Below are positions 58,760 through 64,000 of a stretch of DNA of 64,000 nt, piece by piece (the stretch's first letter is position 1; every line of letters starts with the position of its first letter). The position numbers and the translations under genes were made by a program. Location of the stretch: positions 11,610 to 75,609 of the forward strand of contig JANSWY010000006.1 in assembly GCA_024743255.1 (NCBI GenBank), given 5' to 3'. Below the pieces are notes generated by a model. The model was not told the DNA's origin and did no database searches. It was given only the letters and a program-made list of their open reading frames with translations. The stretch comes from a bacterium. GTDB lineage: Bacteria > Bacteroidota > Bacteroidia > Cytophagales > Cyclobacteriaceae.

Positions 58760-60159
58760 TTGCCCTTTATATAATATTGAAATATCACTGGGTTCTGAAT
58801 TGTGTTTATCTTAATTCCAGTGGTATCGCTAGTGATTTTTCCGAAGGCCATCATCATTTTCATAGCGTCATTATTAATCCAAACTGATGATGTATTAGAA
58901 AAGTCCGCTTGCTCCAATTTCTTTTTCAATTCTTCCTCCGTTCCATCTTTTATACCAACAAACCAACCCCACTCCCCCATTGTCAATACCTGATTATGAA
59001 ATGGAACTCTTGAGAAACCTGATGCTTTGACACTTTCTCCTATCGCGTAAAATGCTTTGGTAGCGAAGTATGGGCTACCTGCTTGAGTTACGATAACTCC
59101 TTGTTCAGAAAGTGAATTGTAACACAGGTCAAAGAACTCTTTAGTATAGTATTGATTGTACTCCAATGTGGTTGGATCAGGTAAATCACAAATAATCACA
59201 TCATATTGGTCATTATTGGTTGTGAGGAATTTAAACACACTGGATTTTCTTGCATTAATTCTATGATCAGAACCTCCATGACTTGAGATTATTGATGGTA
59301 ACTTCTCAGTTTGAAAGATTTCAAATAATTCAAAGTCATACGGCACAATAGTTACCGATTCCAAACTCTGGTATTTCAACACCTCTTTTAATGCACCTCC
59401 AGTTTCACCTCCTAATATCAATACTCTATTATGTTTTGAGATGTTCATTGCTGGATGTACCAATGGTTCGTGATAGAGCCAATCATCTAAAGAGCTAATT
59501 CTACTTTGTCCGTTTACGTAATACCAGTAGTGATTTCTCCATTTAGTAATGTCCAATTGGCTGGATCTGGTTTTATCTGCAGCTACAAGATGATCCTCAT
59601 ATTTTGTTTGCTTGGCAAGAATCTCCGGAGGTTCCACAAGTAAAAATCCAAGAATCAGCATAAATGCTGGAATAAGTCTAAACTTCCATTGTGTTGTTCT
59701 TAGACCTAGCAACAAGACTACTGTAAATAGTATGTATAAGTAAGTAACATTGAAAGTGAATTCTGCTAGTAGAAACCCAATAATAATCAATGCAAAATCG
59801 AGTATTTCAAACTTCCCTGATGGCTTGAGATGATAAGTCATAAATCCACCAATGAGAGCGGTAATCAAAACCAAGTTCCAGCTGAAGTAGCTAATATCTA
59901 CAAAGTACAATAGTAGAGGTTGACCTGTGAACCAAATAATAGGATAAAGGCAGAGACTCAGCAATAACCACTGTTTCTTCCTTCTGACGAAAAAGCCAAA
60001 TAGAAATCCCACAGAAGTCGCCAGTCCAATTAGCAGCAACTCTACCCACATTTTATCAGAAAACAAACGAACCCAATCTGATTGGTATTGAATAAAAAGA
60101 CCTAAGATAATTGCAGGCACCCAGGAGACATTACTATTTTTCCCAACCCTGGCAATCAT
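58747..60159 (-). CDS. speE: Membrane-anchored spermidine-synthase-like aminopropyltransferase (paralog of 40787-42328)
   Basis: N-terminal multi-TM domain. VLILGGETGGALKEVLKY, TIVPYD, YDVIICDLPDP. C-terminus NTIQNPVIFQYYIKGNWAF parallels NKIHNPVLYKYYLDGKWDLY of the first copy. Confidence 0.7.
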   Translation of the reverse strand: MIARVGKNSNVSWVPAIILGLFIQYQSDWVRLFSDKMWVELLLIGLATSVGFLFGFFVRRKKQWLLLSLCLYPIIWFTGQPLLLYFVDISYFSWNLVLITALIGGFMTYHLKPSGKFEILDFALIIIGFLLAEFTFNVTYLYILFTVVLLLGLRTTQWKFRLIPAFMLILGFLLVEPPEILAKQTKYEDHLVAADKTRSSQLDITKWRNHYWYYVNGQSRISSLDDWLYHEPLVHPAMNISKHNRVLILGGETGGALKEVLKYQSLESVTIVPYDFELFEIFQTEKLPSIISSHGGSDHRINARKSSVFKFLTTNNDQYDVIICDLPDPTTLEYNQYYTKEFFDLCYNSLSEQGVIVTQAGSPYFATKAFYAIGESVKASGFSRVPFHNQVLTMGEWGWFVGIKDGTEEELKKKLEQADFSNTSSVWINNDAMKMMMAFGKITSDTTGIKINTIQNPVIFQYYIKGNWAF

Positions 60160-60935
60160 TTCTTACCTTCCTTCTCTTTGTCTTTTTGTTCCATGGCACT
60201 TTCAAAACCTGAAGCAATGATACCGGCTGGTAAAGCAAACATACCCACGCCTAAAATCGCTATAAAAGCACCAAGAAGTCTGCCTAACGGTGTTATTGGA
60301 TATACATCACCATAGCCAACTGTAGTTAAGGTAGCAACTCCCCACCACATTGTCGCTGGTATACTAGTAAAGGCCTCCGGTTGTGCTTCATTCTCTACAT
60401 AGTACATCAAGCTGGAAGAGATAATTAGCATAATAATCACAATGGTAACTGAGATCACCAATTCCTCTCTCCGCTTTCTCAAAACCATAACAATAGATTG
60501 AAACGCGCTTGAATACCTTCCTAATTTGAAAATTCTAAACAGCCTAAAAAGTCTTAATACTCTTAAGAAGCGTCCATCAAGTGCTACAAATAACGGTAGG
60601 TAAAATGGTAAAATCGCCAACAAATCAATTAGCATAGAAAGAGTGAAAATGTATTTAATTCTACCCCATATCGGACTAGCATAGTATACATCAGCAGTAC
60701 ATGCCCATATCCTTACTAAATATTCAATCGTAAAAACCGCTACCGAAAAGTATTCAAAGTATTCGAAATACACTTTGTAAGGTTCATAGATGGAATCCAC
60801 AGTCTCAACCACAACAGCGATCACATTCAGAACAATTAGTGTCATGATAAAAAGGTCAAAATTACGGCTGACCTTGTCTTCTTCACTTTCGGCCTTATCA
60901 AGGGCCTGCATGATACTTTTACGGGTGATTTTCAT
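60156..60935 (-). CDS. Voltage-gated K+ channel (6TM, Kv-like)
   Basis: Selectivity filter TTVGYGDVYP. S4 voltage-sensor-like segment with Arg every third residue (RFLRVLRLFRLFRIFKLGR). Confidence 0.7.
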   Translation of the reverse strand: MKITRKSIMQALDKAESEEDKVSRNFDLFIMTLIVLNVIAVVVETVDSIYEPYKVYFEYFEYFSVAVFTIEYLVRIWACTADVYYASPIWGRIKYIFTLSMLIDLLAILPFYLPLFVALDGRFLRVLRLFRLFRIFKLGRYSSAFQSIVMVLRKRREELVISVTIVIIMLIISSSLMYYVENEAQPEAFTSIPATMWWGVATLTTVGYGDVYPITPLGRLLGAFIAILGVGMFALPAGIIASGFESAMEQKDKEKEGKK

Positions 60936-60954
60936 GGTTCAGTTGGTGTAGTAT

Positions 60955-61254
60955 TTAGGCAATAGTCTTATTTTCCTGATAGATCTTCAATAAAGATAAG
61001 AAATCTACATACATCTGGTGGTTGCAGCTACTAAGTTCGATATAGGTTTTGTTTTGCTCAGGAAAGGTATGAATTGCAAAATGGCTTTCAGCCAAAAGCC
61101 AGAGTCCGGTCCACCCTTGAGGTTCAAACCGGTGCTCCATAAAATTCAATATCCCAAACCCTGATTTTTGAAGCATTTCTTCAAATACATTTTTCAAAAC
61201 AGATGGCTCAGTTTCTTCAATCCACGTACTATGGTTGTCTATATGTGCTTCCAA
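60955..61254 (-). CDS. speD: S-adenosylmethionine decarboxylase proenzyme (small pyruvoyl-dependent class)
   Basis: 99 aa. LAESHFAIHTFPE matches the autoprocessing site (E-S cleavage, Ser becomes pyruvoyl) of small bacterial/archaeal AdoMetDC (…ESHISIHTWPE). Confidence 0.65.
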   Translation of the reverse strand: MEAHIDNHSTWIEETEPSVLKNVFEEMLQKSGFGILNFMEHRFEPQGWTGLWLLAESHFAIHTFPEQNKTYIELSSCNHQMYVDFLSLLKIYQENKTIA

Positions 61255-61259
61255 TATTC

Positions 61260-62108
61260 TTAAAAATTAAAATTATCTGGATCTGGTCCTACTCTTTCAT
61301 GTTTGTCTAATGAATCTATCAACTTCACATCCTCCTCAGAAATCTCGAAATCAAAAATTTTAGCATTATCTTCAATCCGCTCCTTTTTCACACTTTTTGG
61401 AATGGTAACAACACCCTTTTGAAGATTCCATCTAAGGACAAGTTGCACTACACTCTTCCCATATTTCTCAGAAAGCTCAACCATCTCAGGTACATCAAAT
61501 ATTTTACCTTGCATCAATGGGCTCCATGCTTCGTATCTTATGCCTTTTGAATGACAGAAGTCAACTAAATCCTGTTGAACCAATCTTGGATGAAATTCCA
61601 TTTGATTAATCATTGGGACAACATTAGCATCCTTAAGTAAATCCTCTACATGATGTTGTAGAAAATTACTGATTCCAATAGCTTTCACTCGCCCTTCTTC
61701 ATATATCTTTTCAAGTGCTTTCCAGGTTTCGGCAGACTTTTCCTTTGGCCAATGAATTAAGTATAAATCAAGATAATCTAAACCCAATCTATCAAGACTT
61801 GCATCATAAGCTTTTAAGGTTGAATCGTATCCCTGATCGCTATTCCAGACTTTGGATGTGATGAAAAGATCTTTTCTTTTTTGACCAGATTCCCTGATCC
61901 CTAGCCCTACTCCTTCTTCATTTTTATAAATGGCTGCAGTATCAATTGCCTTATATCCAGCATCTAATGCATACTTTACAGCATTTACTACTTCGTCCCC
62001 AGCTTTTGATTGAAAAACACCAAGTCCAAAATACGGCATCTCTAATCCGTTATTCAATGCTACTGTCCCTTGTAAATTCGTAATATTCATAGCACTAAAA
62101 TTAAACAT
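61260..62108 (-). CDS. Aldo/keto reductase
   Basis: AKR signatures (…DTAAIYKNEEGVG…, LYLIHWP, IGISNF). Confidence 0.7.
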   Translation of the reverse strand: MFNFSAMNITNLQGTVALNNGLEMPYFGLGVFQSKAGDEVVNAVKYALDAGYKAIDTAAIYKNEEGVGLGIRESGQKRKDLFITSKVWNSDQGYDSTLKAYDASLDRLGLDYLDLYLIHWPKEKSAETWKALEKIYEEGRVKAIGISNFLQHHVEDLLKDANVVPMINQMEFHPRLVQQDLVDFCHSKGIRYEAWSPLMQGKIFDVPEMVELSEKYGKSVVQLVLRWNLQKGVVTIPKSVKKERIEDNAKIFDFEISEEDVKLIDSLDKHERVGPDPDNFNF

Positions 62109-62261
62109 CCCTTTGAATTATATAGATGGATTGTTGTATTAATTAGTGATCTCTGAGGTTGAATTATTACAAAAGCCACAACAATATAGACTTAACAACA
62201 AAAAAAGCGACCAAGTATTGATCGCCTTAAACCTATTTAATCTATCTAATCAACTACAACT

Positions 62262-62675
62262 CTAGCGCAGATCGATTTGCAAATATCCTTCAGAAGGAAT
62301 CTCGAACTTTGAGTCTTCAAAAGAAGGAGGGCCAAACATTCCCATTGCGTTATTAGAAAATCCATATGGCTCCTTTGGTATCCCAACCATATTGGTGTCT
62401 AATTCCTGATTTCCATTCAAATCCTGAAAAACTGATATAGCATAAGTACCAGGCTCCAGGTCAAGTGATAACATCACTGAACCGTTTTCAACTGTTGCCT
62501 TGTATGATTTATATGTTTTGTTCATAAAGGCTTCTTCTGAATCATATACTGCGACATATACATCGCCTGTACTTTCTTTTACTGTTACTTTTAAGTCGGT
62601 TGCGCTTCCACCTGAAAGCAAAATCGAAAGACATAATACAATTAATCCCATATTCTTGATATTTTTATTTGACAA
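62262..62675 (-). CDS. DUF2141-like secreted protein
   Basis: Signal peptide. GTYAISVFQDLNGNQELDTNMVGIPKEPYGFSNN resembles DUF2141. Confidence 0.45.
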   Translation of the reverse strand: MSNKNIKNMGLIVLCLSILLSGGSATDLKVTVKESTGDVYVAVYDSEEAFMNKTYKSYKATVENGSVMLSLDLEPGTYAISVFQDLNGNQELDTNMVGIPKEPYGFSNNAMGMFGPPSFEDSKFEIPSEGYLQIDLR

Positions 62676-62764
62676 GTCAAAAGTGAATCAATTAGTCGGA
62701 GGATTAAATTACAATTGACTGACCTGTTGAATTCTAATGACGAATTGTAGCAAGATACGACCAG

Positions 62765-63850
62765 ATGAAACCTGCAAATAAATACAAACTCAAAAGGATC
62801 CTACCATTTGTGGTCATCTGGACCATTTCGGGAATATTATATGTAATCATTGAAAAGGGGTTGATGGGAGATTCAAAGACCTATCCATCTACGGGTAATA
62901 TTTATGAATTCGGAACTTCTGCATTCTTTACAATTTTTGGGACATTCATCATGGGAACTGTGATGGGAACCATTGAGATCACAGTACTTTCAAGAATGTT
63001 CAACAGGTCCTCTCTTGGTATCAAAATAATTCTTAAGTCAGTAACCTATATAGTTTCAATAGTAACCTTTCTTGTCATTCTAACTATGGTTAGTAATTCA
63101 ATAAGGATGGTTCAACCTGTTTTCAGTGCTGTAGTCTATACATCCATGAAGCAGTTCATATTCAATTTTGTGTTTTTGAGTATTGTCATCTATGCTGGGG
63201 TTTTTATAGTGATATCATTGTTTGTATCTGAAGTTACCACCAATATTGGCCAGAATGCCCTCCAAAATTTTCTAATTGGAAAATACCATACACCCAGGCA
63301 GGAAGAAAGGATTTTTATGTTTCTGGATTTGAAATCGTCTACAACAATTGCTGAAAAATTGGGCCACATTCAATACTTCAAACTTTTGAAAAGACTATTC
63401 CAGGATATATCACCAGCCATTATCAAATACTCAGGAGAAATTTATCAGTATGCCGGAGATGAAGTCATTGTTTCCTGGGATATGAATAAGGGTTTAAAAA
63501 ATGCTAACTGCATTCAGTGCTTCAAACATGTGGTTACTATAATGGAAACTAATAACTCCATGTATCAAAAGAAATATGAGACCACACCATCTTTCAAAGC
63601 GGGACTTCATTATGGAGAAGTGACTACTGGAGAAATCGGTTCATTGAAAAAAGAAATAGTGTTTACCGGGGATGTTTTAAATACCACTGCAAGAATTCAA
63701 GGGTCATGTAATCAATATGGTGTAAACAATCTTATTAGTGATGCGCTAAAACAGAGATTGCCACAGGACTCTGGTATTAAGTTTAAGGAAATTGGGATGG
63801 AAGAGCTTAGAGGGAAATCGCAAAAATTACTTCTTCATTCTGTTGAATAA
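62765..63850 (+). CDS. Membrane-anchored class III adenylate/guanylate cyclase
   Basis: Roughly 6 TM N-terminal domain. Cyclase homology domain (FMFLDLKSSTTIAEKLG… YAGDEVIVSW… FTGDVLNTTARIQ). Confidence 0.6.
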   Translation: MKPANKYKLKRILPFVVIWTISGILYVIIEKGLMGDSKTYPSTGNIYEFGTSAFFTIFGTFIMGTVMGTIEITVLSRMFNRSSLGIKIILKSVTYIVSIVTFLVILTMVSNSIRMVQPVFSAVVYTSMKQFIFNFVFLSIVIYAGVFIVISLFVSEVTTNIGQNALQNFLIGKYHTPRQEERIFMFLDLKSSTTIAEKLGHIQYFKLLKRLFQDISPAIIKYSGEIYQYAGDEVIVSWDMNKGLKNANCIQCFKHVVTIMETNNSMYQKKYETTPSFKAGLHYGEVTTGEIGSLKKEIVFTGDVLNTTARIQGSCNQYGVNNLISDALKQRLPQDSGIKFKEIGMEELRGKSQKLLLHSVE

Positions 63851-64000
63851 AACTTAAACAACCTGACGAACAAACAGTTGCCTATATAAAACTTACAAAA
63901 TTTATCTTTTTTAGAATTTAAATTTTGTATTTTACAAAACACGAAAGTTTATTCTTAGTGCAAAACCGAGATTTCACCCAGCTAGAAAAATTAGGTCTCA

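Noticed and set aside
62196-62235. Terminator downstream of the DUF2141 gene
   Set aside because: Only a 4-bp stem (gcga/tcgc) next to an A7 run. Too weak to call.
1-64000. tRNA, rRNA or CRISPR features
   Set aside because: No GTTCGAATC-type T-arm motifs or cloverleaf-sized conserved segments were seen in intergenic regions. No long regularly spaced repeats. Nothing resembling rRNA.

Overview
64 kb, low-GC (about 35%) chromosomal segment, most consistent with a Bacteroidota genome. Supporting signs: T9SS C-terminal sorting domain on a secreted protein; ECF sigma/FecR pairs; three LytTR two-component systems; abundant lipoproteins; many ATGA/overlapping gene junctions. I found no rRNA, tRNA, CRISPR array, transposase or integrase. 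About 60 protein-coding genes are supported. All annotation is by eye from motifs; no searches were run.

Layout from left to right:
- A partial MocR/GntR regulator gene, then GNAT and PNPOx-like genes.
- A CotH-kinase/lamin-tail/DUF4956/HlyD/TolC secreted-protein cluster.
- A PIF1-like helicase.
- A GAF-PAS sensor and several two-component systems.
- An ECF sigma/FecR unit with a truncated TonB-receptor-like protein.
- An SF1 helicase-nuclease fusion next to an XRE/S24 repressor, with tandem repeats in the helicase leader.

The most interesting region is a roughly 13 kb co-oriented locus at 29049-42328. It encodes, in order:
- a small acidic YbjN/YjfI-like protein;
- PspA/IM30;
- a YqiJ/NfeD-like membrane protein;
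- YqiK-type flotillin;
- a 1663-aa protein carrying a single MoxR/dynein-type AAA_5 ATPase domain;
- a hidden 50-aa membrane ORF;
- a small Trp/Asp-rich protein;
- a lipoprotein with a Tyr/Gly/Ser/Arg-rich tail;
- a glycine-rich multi-TM protein;
- a membrane-anchored spermidine-synthase-like enzyme.

This looks like an expanded relative of the E. coli yjf (PspA paralog-DUF350-polyamine ligase) and yqiJK modules. I propose it as a candidate membrane-stress/polyamine system that has not been characterized.

A second polyamine operon lies at 62108-56134 on the minus strand: aldo-keto reductase, AdoMetDC, a voltage-gated K+ channel, a second membrane-anchored SpeE paralog, a membrane protein and a Tat-exported FAD amine-oxidase-like protein. 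Immediately downstream of it is an RseP-family site-2 protease homolog in which both zinc-binding catalytic motifs are replaced.
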